Below, piece after piece: positions 38,590 through 50,925 of a DNA stretch of 64,000 nt. How positions within the stretch are numbered: the first letter of the stretch is position 1; each line of letters starts with the position of its first letter. The notes beneath the pieces are model-generated. The model worked only from the letters and a program-made list of their open reading frames with translations, made no database searches and had not been told where the DNA came from. This DNA comes from Lama glama (taxonomy: Eukaryota), in assembly GCA_028534125.1 (NCBI GenBank), contig CM052816.1, forward strand, positions 46,068,001 through 46,132,000, given 5' to 3'. The position numbers and the translations under genes are program-made.

Positions 38590-39114
38590 TGTTCTACTGA
38601 AGAGCAGCTAGTGTAATTTAGCTGTTGTCTCTAGAATGAAATCCAAACTGCTCTCACTGACTTAGGAGACACTCACAATCTCCCAGTGCTCTCCAGCCTC
38701 ATCTCACCTCCTTCTCCTTCACCTCTGATTAGCCTCACTGGCCTTTTCGGTGGTTCATCTTTAGCACCAGATTTTACCTGCCCCAGGGCATTTGTACTGG
38801 CTTTCCTCTGTTTTCTTGCTGTTAATTTAACTGGTCCCTTCCTTCTGAGGCCTTTCCTCATTGTTCTGTATAGAGATGCACCCTCATTATTCTTTGTACT
38901 GCAAGGATTTGTTCCCCTCCAAATACATACCCACATATCACTTATCCACTTAGCTTTTAGATCAACTTACCGTATCTTCCAATTGGACTAGAAACCTGTG
39001 TAGCCAAACTCCAGATCTGCATTACCCCTGGTCTCCCAGGACTGAATACTATTTGTGCCATGTAATGGGTGCTGCACAGGTATTTGTTGAATGAATGAGT
39101 GAATGAATGAATGT
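38590..39114 (+). mobile_element. L2 3' region with (GAAT)n tail
   Basis: ccccagggcatttgtactggctttcctctg...ggtatttgttgaatgaatgagtgaatgaatgaatg. Confidence 0.8.
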
Positions 39115-39467
39115 GTATGTGTTCCCTACTAAACTAACCAACAGCAGCTAAAGCAAGACTCTTGAATTCCTTTAGGCACAAGCCAGGGAATCTTCCTGAG
39201 AAACTTGTGTCAGTGTTTGGAAGAGGTTAGGGTTAGGGGAAGAAGACCCAGGTAAGAGAGGATGGATCAAATATTTAATTAACATGGAAGTGGCCAAGAC
39301 AATTTTCTCTGTGGAAAATAAAATGTGTTGGAGGAAATATTTATATCTGGGGAGAGAGTTAGGAATCCACTACAGAGTCCTGGCTAGGGATGGTGGCATT
39401 TTAACAAGGTGAATGGCAGTGAAGAATAAGAGAAGTTAAATTCCTGAGTTATTTAAAAGGTTAAATC

Positions 39468-39626
39468 AAGAATTCTTAAACTTCAGCATGATTTACAAAT
39501 TGCTGGACCCTAAAGTCAGTTTCTGATTTAGGAGGTCTAGAGTGAGGCCTGAGAGTTTACATTTCTAGCAAATTTCCAGATGATGTTTATGCTCCTGACC
39601 AGGGGACTACACATTAAGAATTACTA
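39468..39626. mobile_element. MER5A-like hAT MITE
   Basis: attgctggaccc...gtttctgatttaggaggtctagagtgaggcctgagagtttacatttctagcaaatttccagatgatg...ggggactacacattaagaa. Confidence 0.85.
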
Positions 39627-39744
39627 TTTTAAATTTATGGAATTTGTAGTAGATTGAATGTTGGAAATGAAGGAGCGTAGTAAAAGAAAATTGAGATCTG
39701 GCTTAAACCATGTTCCATTCTTCTTCTCCTACAGCCCTGTCCCC

Positions 39745-39746
<2 letters not shown>

Positions 39747-39785
<39 letters not shown>
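39747..39785. repeat. (AC)19 microsatellite
   Basis: Perfect dinucleotide run. Confidence 0.98.
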
Positions 39786-39787
<2 letters not shown>

Positions 39788-39979
39788 CCTTGTTCCCAAA
39801 TACACTTGGAAGACACCCTCAGCAGCTCTTTGTCCTTTTTCTGATTTCAAGGTAATCTCAATCTCAAATCACTATTCCCTTTTTTTTTGCGCATCTGGAG
39901 CAGCTTATCCTGAGATCCTACATGGAAAACCCATTTTTCTGATCATTTCTGGTTTATCTTTGGCTCTAAGGACAATTAA

Positions 39980-40260
39980 ATTCAGGATCTCAAATGCCAT
40001 GAGCTTACCCCTGGTCTCTGTCTCTCTCTAGATAAGTATCTCTGTTTCGGTCTGTCCATGTCTCTCTCCAAGTTCACATGAAGGAGCATGAGAGCTCTGG
40101 GTTGACACATCTACTGCATTATGACCAAAGAGGAAAGAAGAAAGAGAACTTTCCTTCTTTGCTATAAATAAATACTGAGGAAGGCTTGTGATTGGTTAGG
40201 CTTGAGTCATGGAACTACTCCTGCACCAAGAACTGTAACTGGGAACATGGGCAACTCCAG
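39980..40260 (-). mobile_element. Old MaLR LTR fragment (MLT1J/K-like)
   Basis: gaaggcttgtgattggttaggcttgagtcatggaactactcctgcaccaagaactgt resembles antisense old MLT1. Confidence 0.55.
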
Positions 40261-40820
40261 TTAACCTAACTGGTGTCATGTTTCTGACCCTTGGAGGTAG
40301 AGGAAGGGTAGTTTTGAAAGCTTTTCCAGATATCCAAGTTTGTATTGAGAAGACAGTTCCCCAAAGAAAGAGGATGACTGTTACCAGAAGGGAGGAAGTA
40401 AGTCAGAAAAAAATAAAGCAGGTGTCCATCTTCCACTTGGAAGCTTTTATTTCCCATAGCACCCTGGGGTACAGCACTCACTGCAGTCTGCAGTTTTCTA
40501 CGTATTTTGGAGTTGATCTAGTATATGAAATCTATACTAGGTTCTAGGGGAATAGGAATTGTATCTTCTTTGTTCTCATTTTTGTCCTAAGGGCCTGCCA
40601 GGGTGGCTAATCCATACGAGGTTCTTGATAGGCCCAATGAATTAATTAATAACATCCTATCAGTACCTTTCTTCTAGATGAGTTCCCTCTCCTGCTGTAG
40701 TCTCTTTCCTCTCTACTCAGTTTCGTGGCACCTTTTATTTACCTACATTTATCAAGGATTATTATGTGAGGATTAACTAAGGATCTCAAAGTCTATTCAC
40801 AGGATTTTGGAGTATTTAAG

Positions 40821-41054
40821 GCAGAGATCAACATAGTTTTTCCTACAAGGCCGCTAAAATATTGAGTATTGTAGATTTCACAGGCCATTTGGTGTCAGGC
40901 ACAACTGCTCAACAACTTTGTAGCATGAAAACAACCATAGACTACCATGCACAATATGTAAGTTAATGGGTATGACTGTGTCCCACTAATACCTGTTTAT
41001 TAAAATAGGTGGTAGCTTGGACTTGACCTAAGATCTGTTGTTTCCTGACCCCTG
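40821..41054. mobile_element. MER58-like hAT-Charlie MITE
   Basis: gcacaactgctcaac...tgtagcatgaaaacaaccatagac...aatgggtatgactgtgtcccactaa...tttcctgacccctg (terminal CCCCTG). Confidence 0.82.
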
Positions 41055-42144
41055 TTTATCAGCAAAGCTTTCTGCTGGTTACCTCCTGGAACCACTCTGA
41101 GCTCACCAATCTGTACACAGCTTAGGCATCTAATATCATGAATCTCATTTTAGTGATACCATTATTTTGTTCTTTTCATAATCTTCACAGATCTTAACAG
41201 ATAGGTTTCTGATCCTTTCATTAAGGTTAGTAAAATGGGGAGTGCTGCTATGTGAGTAAGGATGTTACACCTGGAGTGAAAAAGAACTAAGTATGTTGTA
41301 ATGTAGTGTAATGTAATTGAATGTTTTTGAATGACCAGTAAATGAAGAAAGAAAAGTGTCTCTAGTCTTGAGTTCTGTTTTAACTATATAATCACATTAA
41401 CACAGAATAAGAATTGATTAGCATATCTTCTAGAGAGTGGACAAGATTTTGAGATGTAAAGTTTATCATTATTCGTTTTATTTAGAAAATCAAGTTTTAC
41501 ACTTTTGCCATTCTAGACCTGTAATAATTGCTTCGAAGAAGGTCTTAGATACCTTAAGGTAGACTTTGAATTTGCTTGAGGAAAAGGAAAGGAAAATGGG
41601 AGAAAGACTTAGAAAGAATTAAACTTGTCTTTCAGGCATTATGTGCTAATATACCATCAGAACACTTCAAATGCTGGTGATGCTAACAATGACAGAGTTT
41701 CCGAGAGGACTCACACTACAGGACTGATGGTCTGTTTTATTATGGAAAACTGAATCATACAATGATAAGAGAGTTTCCACCTCTGAATATTTCACAAATG
41801 GGGATGTTATGGAGAAAAACAGAGGCCTGTGGTACATGATCATGGCTGTGGCAAGCTTCTAATCATAGGTATGAAAATAGATTGATGTATGAATAAATAC
41901 CTGGACCATCGAAGTGTCTCCTTACTCACTTCAGTGGGAACTTATGAATAAGGATGACACACCAGCATTACAAATAATCCAGAGAGAAAGAAAATCCTCA
42001 AATCATTCTTGGGTGTTTTTTTTCTTTTTTTAAATTCAATGGCCTTTTCAACCACCAGAGTCCTTGCTTGATCCAAATTTGAGGAAAAGAAAAGAAAGCA
42101 AATTGCTTAAAATTTTCTTTGTCTTTGCATTAAGTATGCAAGTT

Positions 42145-42650
42145 TAGATTTACAGAATTTTAGGAAGTAGGAGGGGCCTTATACGCCAATCCCTTGGCCT
42201 TCCCTTTGAAGACAGGAATCTGTTTCTGATAAATGATGTCTACCTTCTGTGTGGAAAATGCAAGGAACTCATCCCGTAGCTATGGCCATTCGGGACTTTT
42301 CTCATTGGTAGGAATTTCCCGTTTGTTTTTAGCTCAAATCTTCTTGTCTATAGGGTCCACCCATTGTTTTTAACCACTCTCACCCTCAAGCAATATGCGG
42401 GGTCTCACCTCTCTTCTGTAAGAGAGCTCATAAACTAATTGAAGAGAGATACATATACTCTCTATGCTTCCATGTAAAATGGTTCCTCTCTACCTCCCTG
42501 TTCTTCATACTAGGTGATTTGCAGTCCTTTCACCCACCAAGCTCTTTACACAAGATGTGCTTCCTACTCGTCAAGATTCTGCTTAAAGTGGGAGCCTCAA
42601 ATCTGGTCTAAGTACTTCCATTAGAGTCTGATCTGTGAGGAACATAATGA
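42145..42650 (-). mobile_element. CR1/L3 LINE fragment
   Basis: tttacagaattttaggaagtaggaggggcctta...ttggtaggaatttccc...cttaaagtgggagcctcaaatctgg...tacttcca resembles the antisense L3 3' region. Confidence 0.6.
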
Positions 42651-42699
42651 GTATGTGTGGTATTGTGTATGTTTTTCTTTTTTTTTTTTTCTTTTCTTT

Positions 42700-43625
42700 T
42701 CTTACTCAGTACTATTTTTTAAAAAGATCTCTGTGGGTAGGTGAGTAGTTAGTATATTGCTCTTAACTGCTGTCTGCGCTCCCAGCGATGGATATGCCGA
42801 CTGTCTCTAAGGCCCCGGCACAAGTAGTAGTGTGATCAGCTTCCTCAGCGCTGTCCAAGAATTTGGGGATTGCTGGACCAGATGGTGTAAACACACTAAA
42901 TTGGACTAAATAGTGTCAGATTGCTCCTCAGAATGACCACAGCATTCGACCTTCACCAGCATGAGGGTCTCTATAACTCCATGTTCTCACCAGCGTTTGG
43001 TATTTTCCAAGTTTCTAATTTTTGCCAGTTTAAAGAGATAGCTCACTTATTATACTGTTGTTTTAATTTTCATTTGCTAATTACTAATGAATTTGAGCAT
43101 CTTCCTATGTTGGCGTGTGTTTTTTAAATTTCCTCTTTTGTCAACTGCTTTTTCATTTCCTTGTAATTATTTTCCCATTGGCATTCCTGTTTATTTTCTT
43201 GTTGGCTTAAAGGAATTCTTAAAATACTTTGAAAAATTGTTGCTTTTAAATATTGTGAATATCTTGCCTCAGTCTAGCTTTTTTTCTTTTTTTAACAAAA
43301 GTACAGTCAGTTTCAAAGTGTCAGTTTCTGGTGTACAGCACAATGTCCTAGTCATGCATATACATACATATATTTATTTTCATATTCTTTTTCATTAAAG
43401 GTTATTAGAAGATACGTATCTTTTATTTTTGTCCATTTATAATTATTTGGCTTACAATTTCTGTTTTTAAAATTTTACTTAAAATGTTCTACTTTATCCA
43501 TCTCATTCACAAGATTTTCCTACATTTTTTTCCATTAGCTAGATAAAGTTTTAATCCATGAAGGTCCAACTTTGTATGCAATGTTGTCAGCCAGTTTTAT
43601 TTCGCTCCACAAAATGAGCCACTAT
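42700..43625 (-). mobile_element. Old L1ME-type fragments, containing a short young L1 3' tail (~43278-43415)
   Basis: ttgttttaattttcatttgctaattactaatgaatttgagcatctt is ORF2 antisense. The insert reads poly-T then aagtacagtcagtttcaaagtgtcagtttctggtgtacagcacaatgtcctagtcatgcatatacatac. Confidence 0.75.
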
Positions 43626-43879
43626 CCCCCCCGACAATTTGCAAACAAACCATGCTTTCTGTTTTGGGTTAAATCATGTATTCAGTTGCATGTATTAATT
43701 TATAAAATTAAATTTCCTATTCAAGAAAATAAAATCCTCTCCCTTTATTCAGACATTTTTATATCCTTGTTTTAAAGTTTCTTTCAAATGGTAATTAAAT
43801 ACTAGTTTTCATCTAATTTCTAGATATATATATTCAAAGCTATACTTTTTCATCAGTGTTCTTTTTTTTCCTTTTGGTC

Positions 43880-44310
43880 GTGCTTCACACGTTTTGACAT
43901 GTACTCTTTTTACTATCGGTTAATTATAAATAATGCTGTACTTCATGCCAGAATAAAGCTTATCTCTGTGAGCCCCATCACAGCCTTCCTGCACTTAGGA
44001 ACACTAGACAGCACTTCAGCACAACACTTGGGGGCTGTTTTACACAGTGAAATCACCAACAAAAAGCACAAAAGTAAGAAACTGTGACACTAAATAGACC
44101 ACAGAAGGGACAGTTGTTTATAGTGTGGGAGCTGAAGCAAGAAGGCAAAGCATCGCATTACTGGGCCTTAGCCCATCAGGAAGCCCGCATTTTTCACCAG
44201 TGACTGTGGGCATGCTGCGAGTATTGATTTGGAGGATTGCAAATAAATTTTAGCAAGTAGGGAAATTTGCAGATGTGGAGTCCATGAGCAAATAGTGAGG
44301 ATGGCTGTCG
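43880..44310. mobile_element. Tigger3/MER7-like (TcMar-Tigger) non-autonomous DNA transposon fragment
   Basis: catcacagccttcctgcacttaggaacactagacagcacttcagcac...gaaatcaccaacaaaaagcacaaaa...aataaattttagcaagtagggaaatttgcagatgtggagtccat. Confidence 0.85.
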
Positions 44311-47300
44311 GTAGAAATTGTTCCTAGAAATTACACATTTCTGTCTCTCTCTCTCTGTTTCTCTCTTTACCTCCCCCCACTGCCCGCCCCCACCAGAATT
44401 ATGATTCTCTCTCACATCTCTTGTTTCCTCAAGGTATTTTTTCTTTTTGGAGAGGCATTGAGGGTTGGACAGGGGAAGCCAACAGACCATGTCAGTTGAA
44501 TTGAGGAGTATGTAAATTAAGCCAGTAGGTAAAGTCATCACGACAGATTACCCTGTTTATTTGTGGAGGTTTCTAGGTGAAGGGCTTGTCAGCACTGATT
44601 GAGGTAGGTAAGAATAAGACAGGGAAGATAGGCCTGGAACTAGTAGCTGGATTACTGACCAAAGATCATCACATTAGCAACCAAGATGAGGAGGCAGCAG
44701 TGACAGGGAGGAAAGAGAAGGAGAGAAGCTGGACAGCTGGGCACAGCCTATGGACACAAGCCAGACTGTGCAGAGGGAGGAATCCTAAACGAGCCCCGAT
44801 CTCACACATCAGAGGGGATTGCTCTGGTGGTGTGGGTGGGGCAGAGCTGTATCTAGTCAGAGCTTACCTCCAGGCCTGGGAGATGTCTGTGCCTGGGGCT
44901 TTCCTTCCCATTGTATTTCTTCAGTGCCTCAGAGTGGTTGATGATGATGGTGTTCCTTATGAATTGTTTTTATCTGGTATTGAAGATACTGCATCTTCCT
45001 CTAACCCAGTCTAATCCATTCTAAATTCTCGCAAGGCCACATAGTCTGAATTATTAGGGTCTTTTAAGAGGGCTGAGACTCATGTCAGAGAATTCTTGAG
45101 CCTGACCTGGGATCATATAATCTCTCCATTAATGCATCTGTTGTTTACCAAAATGCTTTTATCCACTACATTATAATATACTTTCTCTTTCGTTGAACAC
45201 GAGTACAGGTGCATCCACTTGTAATGCCATTTTCTAGACTATGTTTCCCTCATGGTAGCTATTGGTAATTGTAATTATTTGGATAAATAAGATCAAGCAT
45301 AAATTTATATAGGTTATTACAGTACCAACCATGGATAGTCCAATATTTTTCTTTAGTTAGCTATTTTTTCCCCTTTAAAATGCAGTCTTCACTTGGTATA
45401 ATTGAAGTAAGTGTGTGGAATAAGAACTCCTGACTGTTTTTAGCAGTTTGTTTTATTAGATTTGTTCACCCAAAATATTGCCAACCAAAATACTACTATT
45501 TTGAAGAGGCTTTTTTGTTTCTACAGTGAAAAGGCTTTTAGAGAGTTAATTTAAGGATCTTCAAAATCAACAGTAGCAATTGCTGTTTGATACCCAGATT
45601 TAATTGTGGTTAGGTTCAACTTTAGTTCTCTCTGCTACACTGAAAACCCATATCCTGTCTCCATACTGTGTACAACTTAGTGAAACATAAATCCTCTGAG
45701 GGTGGACTCTGTACATGGTTATCTTTTCAAATGCATCTTTAGCTGTCAAGTGGGAGGACATTGTGATCTGAATGTTGTCCTGAAAAATAGGTAAATTTTT
45801 TGCAACCACAAATTTAGGTGGCACTAGAATGACTTGAGCTACCAAACAGGGATGAAAGGAAACTGAAGACAGAGCAGTTTTTCTCTGCAGTATTTTGGAT
45901 GGAATCGTTTGAATGAAGGACCTTTTTGCCTAAGCAGTGGATAGACTGTGTCTCAAATTCCTGCAGGTTATGTTTTCTTTAGAATTTCTTGCTTCATTTC
46001 TAAGCTGCTTTTAATACCTGTGTGAAAAAGGTTAACTTTACTCATATGGACAAAAAAAAACTGCTTTTCATCTCTATGGCAAGTTGAGCTTTTGTATTTA
46101 TTTTTTAGTGCAAAAAATCATGATAATTTGGATTCTGAATTCATAGAATTGGATGTAGACAACAATTGGGTTTTGGAGCTGCTAGCAGTAGAATCAACTG
46201 GGAGGACCCAGTTTCATCCAATTTGTAGCTTGATTTCATCCAGCAAGACACACTTAAGCATAAAGACCTAAAAGTGGTAGGTGTTGTATTGAAATAGCAT
46301 CGCACTTAGGATGCAATGAGGCATAAAGTAATGCTGAATGCTCTACATTCACTAACACGACATTATTCCAGCATGACACACAATCCGAAGCTTTTGCAAT
46401 TACAGCTGTGACCCCAAATTAGATTTTAAAACATGTATATATGTATATGCATTTAAAAATTTTCCCTTCATTTTATCTCCTAATAGTTTAAAAATGCAAA
46501 TGCTGGTGGCTTCTTAAAATAACTCTGTTCACCCAGAATATCATCTTTCTCCTCAACTGACTCTTCTCTGGACAAAGTCCGGCCTTTCCAGGGATGAGCA
46601 GAGCTGAAGCTTAGCTTTTAGGGGATAGAGTTAGGGACTAAGGAGCCTCTGCTTCTGTTATAATAAAGCTCCACTATTTACCTGAAAAGATTAAGTTTCT
46701 TTCTCATTGAGTTGTGGGTTTTTTTTTCCCCCCATATAAATTAAAAGCAAGACTCAAGTAACGTTTTTAAAGGCACAATGACAGTGCCAGCTGGGCTGGT
46801 AAAAAAGTTGCCCTTCCTCTCCTGTCTCAAGATTAAGTCACAGGGGCTCTTCACTGCCTCGAGGCTATAATTCTGAGCAACAAGAGCTCAGAGTGGCATC
46901 GTAACATTTTCTCTGGGCTTGTGGAAGCATTTTCTTTCCCTCAGAAGGTGTTTCACATCACTGGGGGCCCCAGAAAGGGGAGAGCCTCCCCACCTCCATT
47001 TGCTGCATCCCCGCAGGACCAGGCCACAAAAGTTGGATTGACATGCATATTGTCTAAATATGCCCGATGTGTGAGCATTTCATTTGTGCCTTATGTCCCA
47101 CAGCTTCCTGCCTCCCTTAGAAGATTATATAATCACTTATCTTTTCTATTTTTAAAGCAGATTAATTTGATTTAGTAGAAAGGAGACAAGGGAGAAAAGA
47201 AAGGAATAATGGGAGAAAGCCAATATTATTTCTTTCAAAGCAGTTTGGTTTAGAGTCATTTTAATGGGTCTGGAAAATTAGAATTGGAAAAAGAAAATCA

Positions 47301-48168
47301 ATTGTGATGCTATATTCTAGTTTGGAAAGGAACATAAATCCACACTGGCACCGACTTCCTAGTGCTAGATAATTAGGACTGCTTTGTTCTCATGTGGGAG
47401 AGGCAGGGGACTCTTCGGGTTCTTACATCTATTATTATTATAACAATGTCGTGAATACTGAGGATTCTCTGAGGAATACAGGATGTGTACAGGCTGCCTC
47501 TGTCCTGGGAGGAAAGGGTAAGCACCCCGTCTGCCTCCTGTCATGTGCGCCTCTGTCCATCCCTCTCCCACATGTTGAGCGTCGGATTAACTCCCTTCAT
47601 CTCCTTCATCCATGAATATTACCAAAGGTTTTATCCTCAAAAATCACTCTGAAATGGTAAAATAAATGCAATCTATATCTTAGATTTTTATACAGTCTAA
47701 AGCTTTAGGAAATTATAGTTTTAAATAGACTCTTTTTAGTTCCTTCTGTTTATTTCACTTTGATAATTGCAGAACAAAAACTAGGTTCACATGACAGAAT
47801 ACAGGAAATGTATTTATGGAGGGTGGAGAAATTTTAACTAGTCATGGTGAGAGGAATATTCTAGAAGGAAAAAGAGGTGAAACAAAGACTGAAGAAACTG
47901 TAGATTGTCAAAATTACCTTCTGTGAAGTTGGTTGAAGTGATTTTGAAAAGAAAATGAGAGAAAGAGTGTTGGGGATCAGAGGAATAAAGGAAGAAATGA
48001 TAGAATTGCCCTCTTGGAATGGAGAAAAAGAAAAAAGGATGAGAAATACCTGTATAATCTCTAGGTAGATATAACTTGTCAGTAAGGCAAATACTTTGTT
48101 ATGAGAATCAAAGAAGAGAAGAGAGGTTGTGTAGAATGCTGTGGTAAGCTGAAAGTAAGTTCAGAAAA

Positions 48169-48662
48169 TGTCAAAGAAAAACTGCACCATACAGAGTGAA
48201 GCAGGCAAGGAAGTCTTTGTTTAAGACTACTGCAGTAGGAGCAAACTGTTGCAATAGTGGAGAGAGACTGGCTTCAACTCCACTGAAATGAAAGGCTGGG
48301 AGAGTTTTTAAACACTGAAATAAGCTGTTGGGAAAAGTACTGGAGGAGGTTAGTGAATGTGATTAGGCCGTCTGTGTTTGCTGGTTGTTGCTTATGAAGG
48401 TAGGCACCTACCCTCTCACAGACTGAGAGACAAGGTGCAATCTTCCTTGATTACATTGCAAAAGGGTGGCTCCCAAATCCTTGAGAAAGACACTCCTGGG
48501 TTAAACAACTGGCTACTGGCTGAGCAAAGATTTCCATCTCAGACTGGGGAGAGAAGGAATTAACATTTGCAAATTTTTTAAGAAAATGGAGAATAGGGGC
48601 CTATAGTTAAGAAAATAAGATGAGTTAAACTGAGGGAAACTTTAAGGCCATTGTACTGATCA
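48169..48662 (-). mobile_element. ERV1 solo LTR (MER67-like) with TG...CA ends and GAAAA on both flanks
   Basis: Starts tgtcaaagaaaaactgcacc...caggcaaggaagtcttt, has internal ggctcccaaatccttgagaaagacactcctgggtt, and ends ctgatca. GAAAA lies at 48164-48168 and 48663-48667. Confidence 0.85.
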
Positions 48663-48714
48663 GAAAATACCGAAATTGTGAATGTGGGGAATCCCTCAGA
48701 CCTAGCTTTCATTA

Positions 48715-50776
48715 TAGATATACTCTGTTTTATTGAGCTTCTCTTTGTTGTACTTTGCAGCTAATTGTGTTTTTTTACAAATTGGAGGTCGTCTGTGGCA
48801 GTCTTGCATCAGGCAAGTCTATTAGGGCCGTTTTCCCATTATCGTTTTTTTACTTTGTGTCTCTGTGTCATATTTTGATATTTCTTGTAATATTTCAAAT
48901 TTTTCATTATTGTTACATTTGTTATGATGATCTCTGATCAGTGATCTCTGATGTCATGACTGTCACTGTTTCGGAGTGCCTCAGACTGTGCCCATTTAAG
49001 ACTGCAAACTTAATTGATAAATGTTGTTTTGTGTTCTGACTGCTCCACTCACTAACTGTTCCCCATCTCCCTCTCCTCGGGTCTCCCTATTCCATGAGAC
49101 ACAACAGTATTGAAGTTAGGCCATTGAGTAACCCTACAAAAACTTCAAAGTGTTGAAAAGAAAAAAATTGTCACACATCTCTCACTTTAAATCAAAAGTT
49201 AGAAATGATTAAGCCTAGTGAGGAAGGCACATTGAAAGCTGCGATAGGCCAAAAGTAGGCTTCTTGAGCCACACAGTCAAGTTGTGAATGCAAAGGAAGA
49301 GTTTTTGAAGAGAATTAAGAGTGTTACTCCAATGAACACAAGAATGATAAGCAAAGTCACCTTAATGCTGATATGGAGAAAGTTCTAGTAGTCTAGATGG
49401 AAGATCGAACCAGCCACAATATTCCCTTCAGCCAAAGCTTAATCCTTAGCAAGGCCCTGTCTTCCATTCTGTGAAGGCTGAGAGAGGTAAGGAAGCTGCA
49501 GAAGATTGGTTTGAAGCTAGCAGAGGGTGGTTCCTGAGATTGACGAAAGAAGGCATCTCCATAACATGAAAACATGAGGTGAATCAGCAGTTGCTGATGT
49601 AGAGGCGGCGGCAAGTTATCCTGAGGATCTAGCTAAGATAACTAATGAAGGTGGTTACGCTAGACAACATATTTTCAATGTAGGTAAAACAGTCTTCTGG
49701 TAGAAAATGATACCATCTAGGACTTTCATAATTAGAGAGAAGTCAATGCCTGGCTTCAAAGCTTTAAAGGACAGTCTGATACAACAGGAGCAGTGTTGTG
49801 TTCATGCCTGCTAACATAGTATCCACTCTGTAGCTCACAGATCAAGGGAATGTTGACTTTCAGTCTTACTCAAAAGGCTATAGCTGCCATAAATAATGAT
49901 TCTTCTGGCAGACCTGGGCAAAGTCAATTGAAAACCTTCTGGAAAGTATTCACCATTCTAGATGCCGTTAAGGACATTTGTGATTTATGGCAAGAGGTTA
50001 AAATATCAATATTATCAGGAATTTGGAAGCAGTTGATTCCAATCTTCATGAGTGACTTTGAAAGATTCAAGACTTCAGTGGAGGGAGCAACTGCAGATGT
50101 GGAGATAGCAAGAAGACTAGAGTGGAGCCCAAAGATGTGACTGAATTACTGCAATCTCATGCTTAAACTTTAACAGATGAGAGGTTACTTCTTATGCTTT
50201 CTTAAGCAAAAAAAGTGGTTTCTTGAGATGGGATCCACTCCTGGTGAAGATGCTGTGAAGATTATTGAAATGACAACAAGGAATTTAGAATATTACATAA
50301 ACTTAGTCGAGAAAGCAGGGGCAGGTTTTAAGAGAACTGACTCCGGTTTTGAAAGAAATTCTACTATGGGTAGAATATCAAACAGCATTTCTTGCTACTG
50401 AAAAACTGTTTGTGGAAGGAAAAGGCAATCTGTAAGACATAGGTCATTATTGCCTTATTTTAAGAAATTGCCACAGCCACCCCTGCCTTCAACAGCGATC
50501 ACCCTGATCAGTCAGCAGCACTGAGGCAAGAGTCTTACACCAACAAAAGATTACTATTCACTGATGTGTCAGATGATGGTTAGTATTTTTAGATTAAAGT
50601 ATATACATTGTTTTTAGACATAATGCTATTGTACACTTAATAGACTACAGTACAGTGTAAACATAACTTTTATATGTGCTGGGAAGCCAAAACATGTGTG
50701 TGACTTACTTTATTATGATATTTGCTTCATTATGTTTGTCTGGAACCAAACCCACAATATCTCTGAGATATGCCCA
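48715..50776 (+). mobile_element. Tigger1 DNA transposon with both ends, TA TSD, an internal deletion and a dead transposase
   Basis: Left end ta|tagatatactctgttttattgagctt; right end cacaatatctctgagatatgccca|ta. ORFs 49850-50140 ([28 protein letters not shown]) and 50177-50401 (KWFLEMGSTPGEDAVKIIEMTT) are Tigger1 transposase remnants. Confidence 0.95.
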
Positions 50777-50925
50777 TATGTAAAATGGAAACATATGAAC
50801 CTTCTCCATAGGATTGTCGTATGACTTAAAGAAATTTATATGTATAAAACACTTAGGAAACTGCCTGGGATATAACAAGGGCTGAAGAAATGTAATAGCT
50901 AATTATTATTTTTGTTATTATTATT
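50777..50925 (+). mobile_element. MIR 3' half; its 5' part lies left of Tigger1 at ~48670-48714
   Basis: tgtaaaatggaaac...cataggattgtcgtatgacttaaag...aaaacacttaggaaactgcctggga...agctaattattatt. Confidence 0.85.

Noticed and set aside
39635..39855. ORFs with VCVC or HTHT runs (also 53073-53282 and 20497-20694)
   Set aside because: Translations of microsatellites.
44577..45014. Longest ORF in the track (145 aa)
   Set aside because: GTG start, no recognisable domain, and overlaps purine-rich degraded L2-like sequence; the length is compatible with chance.
45891..45966. Possible + strand exon (ttctctgcag ... CAG|gttatg)
   Set aside because: Weak donor, AGs close upstream of the acceptor, and no independent support.
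49850..50401. Possible domesticated Tigger (TIGD1-like) gene
   Set aside because: The transposase is broken by stops, frameshifts and an internal deletion, and lies within a TIR-bounded relic.
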